Both the position numbers and the translations under genes were made by a program. The notes under the pieces are model-generated. The model ran no database searches. It had not been told where the DNA came from and saw only the letters and a program-made list of their open reading frames with translations. From assembly GCF_006345805.1 (NCBI RefSeq), contig NC_042997.1, forward strand, positions 175,088,001-175,152,000: a stretch of 64,000 nt of DNA. The letters run 5' to 3'. Positions 1 to 13,469 of this stretch are shown piece after piece (positions within the stretch are counted from its first letter, which is position 1; each line of letters begins with the position of its first letter). This DNA is from Octopus sinensis. Its lineage: Eukaryota.

Positions 1-206
1 ACATACATACATACATACATACATACATACATACATACATACTTACATACATACATACATACATACAGACATACATGCATACATACATATATACATGCAT
101 ATAAAAATACAAATACATATACACAAACATACACATTTACATAGATATCGTGCACACACAGACACACGCGTACACTTACAAATATATACATATATATGTG
201 TATGTA

Positions 207-250
<44 letters not shown>
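1..250. repeat. (TACA)n grading into (CA)/(TA)n microsatellite cluster
   Basis: Near-perfect TACA run at 1-85 and (TA)n at about 181-250. Representative of dozens of similar tracts in the window. Confidence 0.98.
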
Positions 251-255
<5 letters not shown>

Positions 256-501
256 CCGTTCTCTAGCGAAAGTATTTACTCAACAAGTTTTGGCAATATC
301 TTGCACCTGGTTGTATGTATACGTTATGTGCATGGTTTGCCTGCATAGGTGCGTGTGTATTTACATGTATGTGTATGAGTTTGTACGTATATGTATATGA
401 GTATTTATTTTCTCATTGGCAGACAGTCCGTTTTTTTTAATCATTATTATTTTATTTTTTTCTTTCTTAAAAAGTGTGGGAGGAGCTGGTGGGAACGTTA
501 C

Positions 502-569
502 CACTATCCGTTCTTGTAGGCGGTCTGTTATACAAGAACGTTGCTGGCGAGAGGATTCCTCTCTGCTCA
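502..569 (-). CDS. Candidate 68-nt internal coding exon of an unidentified minus-strand gene (EQRGILSPATFLYNRPPTRTDS or SREESSRQQRSCITDRLQERIV)
   Basis: Minus strand has acceptor tttgtttttcag at 571-570 and donor G|gtaacg at 501. Sequence is GC-richer and non-repetitive, and two frames are open. No homology recognised. Confidence 0.25.
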
Positions 570-1044
570 CTGAAAAACAAATCTGATCTGTTTGACGTGT
601 TCAAGGTTGTTCTCATATAACGTACAAACTTTAACATCTGTTACCAGAACGGGGTTTCTCAAAGTTGCAAGGATTTGTATATAATTTAGCACACAAATAT
701 ATAACATGTGAAGCACGCATACAAATACACAAGCAAAAAACAGAAAAATGTGTGTGTATGCGCGCTTGTACATTTGTGTGTGTATGTCTATGCGTATGTG
801 TTTGTGTGTGTGTGTGTGTGTTTGTATGTGTGTGCTTCTGTATATCGGTCTGTCTGTGTCTGCCTGTGTTTCTATGTTTTATGTGTGCTCACGAACTTCA
901 TCTAAATGTAGATACGCTCTTTTAATATGGAGGCCAACAAAATTCAAAATATAAACAATAATAAACCTCTACAATAAATTTTTATTTTTTCAAAATGAAA
1001 CAGAACTAACAGTAAGACAGAAGATAATGTTTATTTTTGTATTT

Positions 1045-1352
1045 TTTATGCGCCCTTTCCAAGCCTAACCAGGCTCATGGGCCCGGTTTCCCGGTTTCTG
1101 TGACGTATGTGTTCCCCCCAGCAGGACAGGACGCCAGTTCATCACAGCGTTACTCAAGAAACAGGAAGAAAGCTTGAGAGAAAGTTGGGGCGAAAGAGTA
1201 CAACAGGGGTCGCCACCCCCACCCCCTGCCGGAGCGTCGTGGAGCTTTAGGTGTTTTCGCTCAATAAACACATAATGCCCGGTCTGGGAATCGAAACCGC
1301 GATCCTCCGAACGCGAGTCCGCTACCCTAACCACTGGGCCATTGCGCCTCCA
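1045..1352 (-). mobile_element. tRNA-derived SINE (family D)
   Basis: Minus strand begins GGAGGCGCAATGGCCCAGTGGTTAGGG...GGTTTCGATTCCCAGACCGG (Pol III A and B boxes), continues about 230 nt into a non-tRNA body and ends in an A-rich tail. Confidence 0.8.
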
Positions 1353-1974
1353 CTATTTTTTTTTTTTTTTGTATACTTTCACTTTATTTATATTTGAAAA
1401 GTTTATTCCTGGATTTTTTTTTAATTGCAAAGTCTTTGATCAGATCCTCATTATGACACCATGAACACTTCGAAATTATATTTCCGATCATATAAACCAC
1501 TTCGAATATTATTTTAGCAAGTTTAAAGTGATTTCTTTGACACCGTAAACCATTTACCATTTCCGTGGTTTTCCTCGCTTCCCTTGATGCCCTAAGCACG
1601 TGCTTATTTTATTTAATGGTTAATCCAGCGTTGGGTTCTGGAGTATTTCTTTATAAGATATTACAACCACCTCAAGCACAATAAATCATTCTGCTCTCGT
1701 TGTGAAACCAAATGCTTTGGAGTTTCTCACCACTACTAAAACCATCACCACCACCACCACCACCACCACCACAATTGCCAACAAACATCACCCCCCCAAT
1801 ACCAAAACCTCCACCATCATCGCCTTGTATCCTCAAATTCTTTTGGAGAAGTTCCAGTCACTACGAAGCTTCTTGAAACTCCTCATAAAGAATCTTAGAT
1901 TTTGGCTTTATAGTACATAACCTTCCTTTAAACGAGGGCACGAATTCCGATTGATATATTTTTCTTCTTCACCT

Positions 1975-2250
1975 CTTTCACCTACTTCTCCTCCTCCACC
2001 TCCTCATCCTTCCTCCCATTCTTCTTAACGTTGTTGTTGTTGTTGTTCTTCTTGTTCTTCTTCTTCTTCTTCTTCTTGTTCTTCTTCTTTTTCTCCTTCT
2101 CCTCCTCCTCCTAGTTATTTTGTCATTATCACCGCACCGGCCGCCACCACTGCTTCTGTCGTCGCAATCATCATCATCATCATCATCATTATTCTCAACA
2201 TCATCATTATCTTCATCATCATCATCATCATCATCATTATCATCGTCATC
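1975..2250. repeat. Compound trinucleotide microsatellites (CTT/CCT/GTT/CAT)
   Basis: Visible runs that generate the poly-D/R/T ORF 1978..2472. Confidence 0.95.
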
Positions 2251-3091
2251 AACGTTACCGTGACAGTTTCTTACTACCCTTTTTTCCCAAACATTTATAT
2301 ATGTATATAATATATATATGATATATACATGTATGTATGTATGTATGTATGTATGTATGTATGTATGTATGTATGTATACACATACTCATATACATATAT
2401 ATATGTGTGTGTGTGTTCATATATACATATTTGTGTGTGCGTGTGTGTGTGTGTGTGTGTGTGCATACGCATATATATCTACATTCGTGTACGCAGACAA
2501 GCACATGTACAAATATGAACATATGTATGTGTGTATGTGTGTGTGTACATATGTACGTTTATATATGTACATATGTACGTTTATATACATATAAATTATA
2601 CACATACATATATACATGTAGCTATATTTTTCTAGGGATAACAGTGTAAGTTCATTGTGTTACGCTGGCAAGAACTAGGTTAGTCACACACAATGTATGT
2701 AAGAGGAGTGGTGCAAAACATAAGGGTGAGACAAAAAAATACGTTAAAGAAACCAGGGGCCAGAAAAAAATAAAAACTGTCATAATACGCCTAGACAGCG
2801 TTTTGCTCTTTCTTCGTAAACCAGAAGTTCTTAAGATTGCCATCATGTCATTCAAGTTGAACGCTTTCTTTATGCTTCACTGCACACACACACCGACACG
2901 TGAATATACACACACAGAGTCACAAAACAAATGCACCTATAGATATTACAATTTTTACATATTGTATAATGGATATAATTTCAGTCATATGCGCAAGACC
3001 ACACACATATATAATACTTATATAATATACATGTATAATATATGCATGATAATATGTAAATATATATAATATATATAAATCTATATAATAC

Positions 3092-3134
<43 letters not shown>

Positions 3135-3197
3135 TAATAGTATATATATATATATATGTATACATATATATATATACACATATATATATGTATGTAT

Positions 3198-3241
<44 letters not shown>

Positions 3242-4149
3242 CATATATATATATATATGTGTGTGTGTACGTGTGTATATATATATATATATATTTCTAT
3301 ATATATATATCAGTACACGTCTATGCATACATGTGCTTATGCACGTACATACACATACACATATATCTACATACCTGCATACAAACATTTAAAATCATGC
3401 ACAAATATGTATATATGTGTTATGTGTACATGCGCATGTATGTATGTATGTATGCATGCATGCATGCATGTATGTATGTATGTATGTATGTATGTATGTA
3501 TGTATGTATGTTGGTAGGTAGGTAGCTAGGTATGCATGCATGCATGCATGTACGTAAGTATGTATGTATGTATGTATGTATGTATGTATGTATGTATGTA
3601 TGTATGTGTGTATGTATGTAGGTACGTACGTACGTACGTACGTATATATGTATTTATAGGGTGTGTCCATCTGTCAATAAGTGGGAATATATAATTATTT
3701 ACTTAAAGAACAGTGCGTGTCATAAACGGTAGGGTACCTGACTAAATGCTGTGCAGTATTTTTCATGGTTTAGTCAGAGGATGTTGGGTAGCCACCACCC
3801 ATCACGACCTTTTCGGGGGCTCCGAGACTGGCACAGGAAGTGAGGCATTTAGTTAAGTTTCTTTATCTTGTCTCTATTTTCTAATGTTCATATCAATTTG
3901 GGCTTCAATTTTGCTATTCTTTCCCAACTTTTCAGAGTTGATAATCATCAGTAATGTATTGGATTGATTTAAACTGAATATATTATGAAGTTGGGACTTC
4001 CATCCAAACTGTGACTTCATCAAAGCAATTGTTAGAATTATTTTATGTTAGGTAGAGGGTCATGTGTTAACGTCTGTGCATCGAAACAATAGCTTTCCCA
4101 GATTTTAATTTCGCATCAATTGACTGTAATGCGACTACGTAAGTTATTG

Positions 4150-4975
4150 ATTACTCTACAGATCACCTCTCTAGAATTAAATACTGTATAAATGCTTTAA
4201 TGCTATAAATATATCTATCTACCTCCACATATTTCATTTGTTTTACTGGTAGTTCAGATTCTGTAGCTGATGTGTCAGCAAAAACAATCTCCAGGAGATA
4301 GATACTATACTGACATAACGAATCGTTACATTTCGATTCATTATTATGACAAGAATTAAACTCCAAAATATAAGCAGGCATAAATGGCTGGCTAATATTT
4401 TTTATATAAGTAATATGACATTATAAGGATTAATTTGGGATAGTATTTTGTAGTTAGATCATACAGCATACTAGGAGAAAATACTGGTTCAAAGACAAAA
4501 TAGTATATAGAGAAAACCTACAGAGTAAAAAGATCAGGAAAAGATAAACCATTTGACTTAACCCACCTTTTAGTATGAATGTAGCTTCTAATTCAAAGCG
4601 AAATGTCTCATAGGTAGTAAAGCAAACATTTCCCTATCGGCTATAACTAACATAGTTTACTGAATAAGAAATGTCTCAAACGGTATCAATAGTACAATCT
4701 TTTTAATAAGAGCAATGTAAACATTAGCTATAGTTGCATTGAAAATATTGCAATTCAAACATCCTGATGTACCAGTATTAATGATACTAGGAATAAAACA
4801 AATAAACTCCCCGAATAAACTAGCAAATAACTCACAAAAGCTCTTATATGTAATGCTAAAATTATATCCACAGATGGTTTAAAAAAAAGTGGGTCATCCG
4901 TTTCAGAAGTGATGTACAACCCATTTAAAATTATACATTCATTTATATTCAGTGATAGAATAAACGGACCTCTTC
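4150..4975 (-). pseudogene. Possible heavily decayed single-exon class A (rhodopsin-like) GPCR pseudogene
   Basis: Manual minus-strand translation gives, in order: TM1-like PFILSLNINECIILNGLYI, TM2-like KPSVDIILAL/SFCELFASLFG, TM3-end TMLVIADREMFALLPMRH (DRx-x5-P-x-R-H spacing as in DRY...PLRY) and a TM4 Trp 21 residues after the Pro. Many stops and at least one frameshift. Confidence 0.35.
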
Positions 4976-5034
4976 ATCTCAGAATATCAGGGAACTGTAG
5001 GGAACAGAACTGAACTATACCTAGAAATTAGTCT

Positions 5035-5213
5035 GTAGGTGGACGTGGTTGGGTGGTAAGAAGCTTGCTTCCAACCACATGATTCCGAGTTCAGTCCCAG
5101 TGCGTGACACCTTGCGTGTCTTATATTATAGCCTCAGGCCGACCAATGCCTTGTAAGAGGATTTGATAAATGGAAAATATTGTGTGTGTGTGTGTGTGTG
5201 TATGTGTGTATGT

Positions 5214-5253
<40 letters not shown>

Positions 5254-5528
5254 ATATGTGTGAGTGCGCGCGTGCGTGTGTGCATGTATGTATGTGTGTG
5301 TGTGTCTTTGAAATTGTGTTTTCCCCACTCCCGCTTGACAACCAGTGTTGGTGAGTTTACATCCCCGTAACTTAACGGTTTCGTAAAGAGACTGAAAGAA
5401 TAAGCACTAAACTTTAAGATAAAATAAGTCCTGACATCGATTTATTCGACTAAAACCCTTCAAGGCGGTACCCCAGCACGGACGCAGTCAAATGACTTGA
5501 AGCAAGTAAAAGATAAACGATAAAAGAG
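5035..5528 (+). mobile_element. SINE family A (tRNA head, internal microsatellite, conserved right arm)
   Basis: Head GTGGTAAGAAGCTTGCTTCC...GAGTTCAGTCCC, internal (TG)n, right arm CCGCTTGACAACC...GCAGTCAAATGACT...AAGTAAAAGA shared with other copies. Confidence 0.85.
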
Positions 5529-5700
5529 ACTCAAAATTACCAGAAGAATGTAACTTATGTCTGTCTGAGAAATTTAGTATTTTGAGGCGGAAACTCTTGA
5601 AAATGCAAAATAAAGAGCAAAAAATAATGTCTTAAAGCATACAGATAATTAAATATCTAATAAAACATTCCTTCCAACTATAAACAGAGTAAACAAAGTA

Positions 5701-5797
<97 letters not shown>

Positions 5798-6009
5798 TAT
5801 ATAGAAATTACTGGTACTTTACACATGTATATATATTATCAGAACTGGTTTAAATAAATAAATAGACATAACATAATGTCTAATAGCTGATGAATACTAT
5901 CTCTGGATTCTCTCCATTTTCTTCTTGCCATATAAATTAAGGGTGAATCCACTTGTTGCCCTCGCCCAGTTATTACGCTCAGTAGTGTAATTGCCACGCA
6001 ATAACCAAC

Positions 6010-6096
6010 TCTTGTGTATTGATTTGGTACTCTACCAGCAGTATATTGGATAGATAGTATCTATCTCTTAGTTGGTTGGATTCCCAATCTCTAACT
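6010..6096 (+). repeat. Dispersed repeat family E, copy 1 (followed by (TA)n)
   Basis: Shares CAGTATATTGGATA...TAGT(T/G)GGTTGGAT...CTAACT with 18013-18099 and 25527-25611. Confidence 0.75.
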
Positions 6097-6120
6097 CTCT
6101 TTGAATTAAATTATAAATAA

Positions 6121-6165
<45 letters not shown>

Positions 6166-6669
6166 ATATACATACATACATACATACATACATACATACA
6201 TACATACATACATACACACACATACATATGCACGAATGCACACAAAATACGTACATGCCTACATAAGTGCATGCAGGCATAGAGAGAGAGAAAGAAAGGA
6301 AGAAAGACAGAAAGAAAGAAAGAAGGAGAGGGAGGGAGGGAGGGAAAGAGAGAGAGAGAGATGCCTTTATATTAGTTTATCTACGTTAAATTTCGTTTCA
6401 CATGCTTGTGTGTAAGTAGATATACATATAAGTGTGTGTGCCTAGAACTTCCGTCTTGGCATATATATATATAGATAGATAGATATGGACACACACACAC
6501 ACACACACACATACACACACACAAACACATACACACACACACTATTAAAATGGAGTAGCTTGGTGAAGCGTTGTGGGTATTTACAATCATTTGTCGTGTG
6601 AGACCGAAACAATGCGCGCATTATTGCGTATATTAGCTATGTATTTAATAACGCAACAACTCAACAACA

Positions 6670-6682
6670 TAAATTATTATTA

Positions 6683-6733
<51 letters not shown>

Positions 6734-6772
6734 TATCATTATTATCATTATTATTATCATTATTATTATTGA

Positions 6773-6815
<43 letters not shown>

Positions 6816-6855
6816 ATCATCATCATCATCATCATCATTATCATCATCATCATCA

Positions 6856-6949
<94 letters not shown>

Positions 6950-6965
6950 CATTATTATTATTATA
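6670..6965. repeat. Long (ATT)n/(ATC)n microsatellite
   Basis: About 300 bp of ATT/ATC triplets, the source of the poly-I/L/Y ORFs. Confidence 0.98.
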
Positions 6966-7532
6966 AATAAGTAAAATAAAACATTTCGCAAAGGAAATGA
7001 TGCAAAACCAATTATAGAAGTGTTTTATATTTTCTTATCGTGTATAGTTATATCTGCTTATTGTTGCTTTCCATATATGTTAACTGTCTTTTCTTTTCCT
7101 TTTCCTTTTGCCTTTTCTTTCTTTTTTTTTTTTTTGTTTTTCCTGCTGCCAAATCTACACCTGTCTTATGTTACAAAAAGACCAACGCCCAAACGACACG
7201 AGCAAACAATGAACATCTTGGTTTTCGTGAAAAATATCTGAGCAGTATATCATGTCAGTATTCTTTGTTAAGATGGTGCTGCTAAAATATTGGTTTCCAA
7301 ATTTAACACAAAGGCTATAAATTTGCAAGGAGAATGGACGGGACGTAGTGAAAGAGAAAAAGCGAGAAAGAGGCGTTGGAGGAAAAAGAGAACGGGGAAG
7401 AAAGAGGAAGCGAAAGAGAGGAAGGAAGTAACACATGCATGCATATATATATATATATATATATATAACACATGTAAACCTATTTATATATACACATGCA
7501 AATATATATACATACAAGTGTGTGTGTGTGTG

Positions 7533-7563
<31 letters not shown>

Positions 7564-8200
7564 GATCCCTGTACATTGCTTCTTATTTCATCATTTTTAT
7601 CAACTTTATGAAACGAAAGCTAAACAAAACAAAAAAAGATAGAAACAAAGAGAAAAATTTCTAACCGGAATTTGAACAGCATACTTAAAAGAAAATAACT
7701 AAACACTGCTTCTCTGAACCTTTTAGATAAAGAAATTGATATAAATAGATCTTTTACTTTGAGTCAAGTAGTAAACATTATATAATGGCGGTAATCTCCA
7801 GATAAAGGAAACCAAACGATTCTCTAACCTGCTTTCTTTTATAACTGGTTTTAGCACGGACAGTAGTGCCTCTTTATGAGAATTTGTCAAGAAGCACGGA
7901 GTGTTTAGAGAGGTTGTAACTTTCCTTATAAATAAATCATTTAAACTAGGTAACAGTACTTTATTTTAAGCACATTGTCAAAAAATCATATTTGGTGTTT
8001 GAATATGAGAAGTACGTGTTATCAGTGGGCTGAGACACGATTGAAGATGTGCCAAAGTCCAATAGTTATGATTTTTTTTTCATAGCTAAATTAATGGAAT
8101 ACAACTTTTAGAATAAATGTTTTTTCTTGAAAATAAAACAAAAGATATAAATACTTTAGTTTGTTGCTTCAATATTTACTTTCAACTCATTTATAAATAC

Positions 8201-8484
8201 AGGCGCAGGAGTGGCTGTGTGGAGTGGCAGGAGTAGCTTGCTTTCCTACCACATGATTTCGGGTTCAGCCCTACTTCTGGACACCTTGGGCAAGTATCTT
8301 CTACTATAGCCTCGAGTCAACCAAAGCCTTGTGAGTGGGTTTTGTAGTGGGATACTGAAAAAATCCCCACGTATATATATATATATATGGTCAGATAACC
8401 GAAGAGATGGTGTTGTGGATTTCCACTTCGGCATCCGAAACTCAGAGTTTTATCTTGGCTATTGAATAATGGTAACATTAATTT

Positions 8485-8523
<39 letters not shown>

Positions 8524-8743
8524 TATATTTATGTATTTGTGTGTCTGTGTTTGTCCCTCGCCATCGCTTAGCACCGATGTTGGTGTGTTTACGTCCCTGT
8601 AATTTAGCGGTTCGGCAAATGAGAGCGATAGAATAAGTACTAGGCTTACAAAGAATAAGTCCTGGAGTCGATTCGTTCGACTAAAGGCAGTACTTCAGCA
8701 TGGCCGCAGTCAAATGACTGACACAAATAAAAGAATAAAAGAA
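8201..8743 (+). mobile_element. SINE family A with a ~100-bp insert in its internal (TA)n
   Basis: AGGCGCAGGAGTGGCTGTGTGG head, left arm to about 8370, insert about 8389-8490 between two TA runs, right arm 8535-8743. Confidence 0.85.
8393..8455 (+). ncRNA. Decayed type I hammerhead ribozyme motif
   Basis: AGATAA (helix I) - CCGAAGA (core, U4>C) - GATG..CATC (helix II with inner GTGGA/TCCAC stem, one extra C) - GAAA - CTC A GAG (helix III) - TT - TTATCT (helix I'). Confidence 0.55.
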
Positions 8744-8767
8744 TTCTTTTTATGTCTTATATAGATT

Positions 8768-9210
8768 GCCAGAATCGTAGGGAATCGATGAAAATGCCTT
8801 GCAGTATTTCTTACTGTTCGGTATGGTCCGAGTTCAAATCCTGCAGAAGTCAACCTTGTAGTTCATTCTAGAAGTCGACCATGCAATTCATCCTGTCGAG
8901 ATCGATAAAATAAGGCACGGATTAAGTACTAGGTACAATGGTATCATCTAACTCCCTCCCTTTAAAAGTGATGGCCCTGCTCTAAATTAAAAACAACTTG
9001 AAGGAGGTGAGCTGGCAGAATCGTTAAAGTGTTGAACAAAATACCTTGCGATATTTCTTCTGAAATTGTATGCCCAGAATTCAAATTCTGCCTTTTACCC
9101 GTTCGGGGTCGGTAAAATAAAATGCTAGTCAAGTTCTAGAGTCGATGGTATCGACTAACTTCTTCCCCTCAAAATTGCTGGCCCTGACCCTAAATTAGAA
9201 ACAAACATTA
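8768..9210 (+). mobile_element. Two adjacent old SINE family B copies
   Basis: Degenerate GAGCTGGCAGAATCGTT...GAGTTCAAAT...TCGGGGTCG..TAAAATAA..GTCGATGGTATC motifs, ending CCCCTCAAAATTGCTGGCC. Confidence 0.65.
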
Positions 9211-9756
9211 ATAAATCATTTACTTCCATTCATGGGTTAAGTTGAATCTTTGCAGAAAAGACGTAAGCCGGAGGGGTAAGGACAAGCGAACACTCTAGAG
9301 AAGAAAGATCGATAAAAAAAGGGGTCTTCAAACAATTTCAGTTTTTCCTACAACCCGTTCAAAATCTGACCTTCTGTATCTGCATAAAAATAATGTCAAC
9401 AATTTGCAGTGACCTCTCCTCCATAGCATGAGTTAATGTCCAGATGAACTGAGACCATGACGCAATTTCTGTTCCTGTTGAAAGCCACTTCACTTATGTC
9501 GTTAAAAACGCCACACCCAGAAGACATAAATATCATCTAATCTCAAACAGCTTTTTTTCATATACATTCAAGGTATATCTAATGCATATTTCTGTTAAGT
9601 AGTTAGTTTTAGAAGATCAGCACATCAAACTTTAAACTGCCTCTAATGAATTGTTGTTAACAAATTTGTTATTAACTGAAGGAAACGCTGTAACTACTTT
9701 TGATTCTATGTTTTGGTTCATTTATTCCTTTCTTTCTTTTGTCATTTATTTATCTA

Positions 9757-10145
9757 CTAGCAGTATCGCCCGGCGTTGCTCGAGTTTGTTTCAACCCTTT
9801 AGAATTGAAATTTTTGAAAAGTAAAAATTTTGCATTATATAGCTTGTTATTCTCTTTAAGTGAACATTTTTCTGGTTGAAATACACCGAAAAATAGCGAC
9901 ACAGCAGTCAAAAAACCGTAAAAAATAGGGATTTTCATAGAAAGAAAGCACCTTTTTGATATAAATAATTGTTGGTGTTAACATGGTCCGATTTGAAATT
10001 TTTCTTCGACAGAAGGAAGAGCAAAACTTCTATCATACTCTCAATTTTGGTCAACTTGCGCCGCAGGGTCTCGGAGGAGATAGTGTTAGTTGAGGGCTAC
10101 CAAACCTGCCATACACAGACCACTTCAGCTTTATATATAGAGAGA
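9757..10145 (-). mobile_element. Non-autonomous Helitron-type element, family H1
   Basis: Minus strand starts TCTCTCTATATATAAAGCTGAAG after A and ends with hairpin CTCGAGCAACGCCGGG + CGATACTG-CTAG before T. No TSD. Near-identical to 41644-42035. Confidence 0.8.
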
Positions 10146-10564
10146 TTTATCTATTTATTTATTGCCCCGTAGACAGTAAGTTTCTGAGTAATTTCAATTG
10201 CTACAAATTTGCTCTAGAATTCGTATGAACTGTAAGCTTCATGCAAATGAAATGGCAACATTAAACATTGCATTATAAACTGACATGTTTATTTAAAGCA
10301 AAAGACAGAAAAAAAAAAGAAACGCGGGCATAAATAAAAGATAAAACAGTAATAAGTAAAACAAACAGCGAAGCTATAGAGTTAAATATAGAAATAATCA
10401 TATACAAGCAGACGACTGTTTCTACGTGGCGCAAGCGCACATCACGTTAATGAGATCTAGTGTTTCAATTTGCGAACATTAATGAAGTGCAAATTGATTA
10501 TGACGGGACACAAATTTGCACACACTCATTCAAATATATAAAGAGATATCTCTTTACTCTCAAT

Positions 10565-11032
10565 ACTCTTTTACTTGTTTCAGTCATTTGACTGTGGCCA
10601 TGCTGGAGCACCGCCTTTAGTCGAGCAAATCGACTCCGGGACTTATTCTTTGTAAGCCCAGTACTTATCCTATCGGTCTCTTTTGCCGAACCGCTAAGTG
10701 ACAGGGGAGTAAAGACACCAGCATCGGTTGTCAAGCAAGCTAGGGGGACAAACACAGACACACAAACAACACACACGACACACACACACACACCTATATA
10801 TAGATATATATATATATATATTATATATAATATATATATATATATATATATTATATATACACATACATATATACGACGGGCTTCTTTCAGTTTCCGTCTA
10901 CCAAATCCACTCACAAGGCTTGGTCGGCCCGAGGCTATAGTAGAAGACACTTGCCCAAGGTGCCACGCAGTGGGACTGAACCCGGAACCATGTGGTTGGT
11001 AAACAAGCTACTTACCACACAGCCACTCCTGC
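10565..11032 (-). mobile_element. SINE family A (young, full length)
   Basis: Reverse complement of the family A head, left arm, internal microsatellite and right arm. Confidence 0.9.
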
Positions 11033-11045
11033 GATATATATATAA

Positions 11046-11098
<53 letters not shown>

Positions 11099-11149
11099 CA
11101 TAATCTATGTATATATATACATATATCTATACATATGTACGTATGTCTT

Positions 11150-11335
11150 GGTCTTTATGTTTGGCCCCAACCATTGTTGGTTTGTTTACGTCCCTATAGC
11201 TTCACGATTCGGCAAAAAAAGAGACCAAAAGAATAAGTGCCAAACTTAAGAATGAATCCTTGGGTCGATTTATTCGATTAAACTCTTCAAGGTGGTGCAC
11301 TAATATGGCTGCTATACAAAGAGCGAATAAAGATC
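11150..11335 (+). mobile_element. SINE family A right arm, diverged
   Basis: GTTTACGTCCC...TTCGGCAAAA..GAGACC...GAATAAGT...GGGTCGATTTATTCGA. Confidence 0.7.
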
Positions 11336-11516
11336 TAAGAGTCGAACTATATCTATCACTTGTCCAATCATGTTAGCGGTTACAATTAATGGTCCTCTCA
11401 TTGACGCGTGATATGCAAAAGAACACTGATGTTCATGCATCACTGCTAACTCTCAGATAAAACCAAGAGTTCATAGAGTAAAAATGTTTCTACTAGATAT
11501 CGAAACCAGATAGCAG

Positions 11517-11588
<72 letters not shown>

Positions 11589-11916
11589 TTGCACACGCAC
11601 ACATGCATACATTCACACACATAGAACTATGGCTTTCCTGATAATGTCAATGGGAATCATCAGGGAGAATTTCAACGAGGATTGTTTATTGAAAACATGA
11701 AATGTTTATGTACAGAAAGACTGGCCTATATTGAAAGATAGACAGAGAAACTCGTACACGCGAAAAGTTTAAAAGTCAAACATTACTATTTTTACCGCAT
11801 GCTGTTCAACAAGAACAAACTTGTTGTGCACACTGAATTTAATTTATACAATAGTTTTAATATTTAGTGTATAATATATATAATATATATATATATATTA
11901 TATATATATATATTAT

Positions 11917-11951
<35 letters not shown>

Positions 11952-12143
11952 AGAGAGATAGATAGATAGAAGATAGATAGATAGATAGATAGATGATAGA
12001 TAGATAGATAATAGATAGATAGATAGATAGAACTTTCCATTGGTTTATATATGTTGTGTTATGTATGTATGTAAGGAACATGCTCAATGGTTATGGTCAA
12101 ACAACTGACAAGCAAATCTGGGGTATTGAGCAGAATTATTATT

Positions 12144-12177
<34 letters not shown>

Positions 12178-12275
12178 TTTGTATCGTCTATCTGGATGTT
12201 TTGTTGTCCCTTTTTTTGTATCACCTGTCTGAATATTTTGCGTTCTTGTCCCATTTTGTATTATATTATATTTAT

Positions 12276-12332
<57 letters not shown>

Positions 12333-12379
12333 CGGCGTACGTACGCTTTGGACTCTTATATGTAAGTATATATTTATCT

Positions 12380-13070
12380 AATCTTGTACGACTCTATTCA
12401 TTCTTTCTACCAGCCCTTTCACGCTTATTCGTTCATTCCACCCTTCGTTCTTTCGTTCTTCCTCTCTCACGTTTCTCTGCTTTCTCTTCTTGCTCACTTT
12501 CCCTCCTCTTTTCACTTCACTGTGTCCCCGTCATTTTTTCTCGCACCTCCTTAATTCTTCTGTCTCTCTGCCTCTACCTCTCTCTCTTCTCTCCCACCGT
12601 GACCGGTGTTCGGCCAATCCTGATCTTTCTTTCTTGGTTCAGCCGTCGTCCGTGCAACATCTATATTCCTCCCTGTGAAATCTTGTATCCCTGCCGTAAG
12701 GCTGTATTTCCGGACACGCCAGCTTAATTTAATTCGTCCTTAATCGAAAGACACCTGTTGTTATGTCCTGTTATTTGTATTTGTGTAACATTCTCGGTTT
12801 TTTTTTCGTCCTTGTTTTCGTATACATTCGCTACTTTCTTCCAAGGAATCTAATGCTCTTAGCTTAGTTTCTCCTTGGGGCTGGCCAGATTGGAGCAATC
12901 TCGAGTATAACCAGCCGAAATTGCAAAGATAATCTGGAACTCGACTGAGAAAAGAAAACTCCGAATGACTCGACCTTGTTTTCTTTGCATCGTCTATCTG
13001 GATATTTTGCTGTCCTTTTTTTTATGTATCACCTGACTGTCTGGATGTTTTGCGTTTTGTCCCATTTTGT
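12380..13070 (+). mobile_element. T-rich dispersed repeat family F (possible Penelope-type terminal repeat)
   Basis: Shares GTATACATTCG..TTTCTTCCAAGGAATCTAATGC...GGCTGGCCAGAT...CAGCCGAAATTGC...GTTTTGCGTT.TTGTCCCA with 48355-48600 and 55570-56240, plus a fragment at 12175-12265. The Penelope assignment is inference. Confidence 0.65.
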
Positions 13071-13074
13071 ATAT

Positions 13075-13134
<60 letters not shown>

Positions 13135-13250
13135 TGATATAATATATATATTATATATATATAATATATACTTCTTTTCTCACTCCTTTTCTTTCTCTCT
13201 CTTTCCCACTCCTACTCTCTCTCCCTGCCACTCCTACTCTCTCCACTCTC

Positions 13251-13281
<31 letters not shown>

Positions 13282-13399
13282 ATTTTCTTGTTCGTCCAGT
13301 TTATTGAACAGCCAGATAGTTTTACTAACACTAACAATGTAAAATATAAGATTGGCAGACAACTAACATTCCGAGCACTCCTTGTTCTCACATGCTCGC

Positions 13400-13469
<70 letters not shown>

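Noticed and set aside
1283-1352. tRNA gene (also the heads at 43375 and 56580-56652)
   Set aside because: A and B boxes are present, but there is no closed acceptor stem or terminator and the sequence continues into a SINE body.
2652-2855. ORF resembling GPCR TM6-TM7
   Set aside because: No NPxxY or other diagnostic motif and no adjoining helices, so the hydrophobicity is explained by T-richness.
4400-4950. Mitochondrial insertion (NUMT)
   Set aside because: No recognisable mitochondrial protein, tRNA or rRNA motif.
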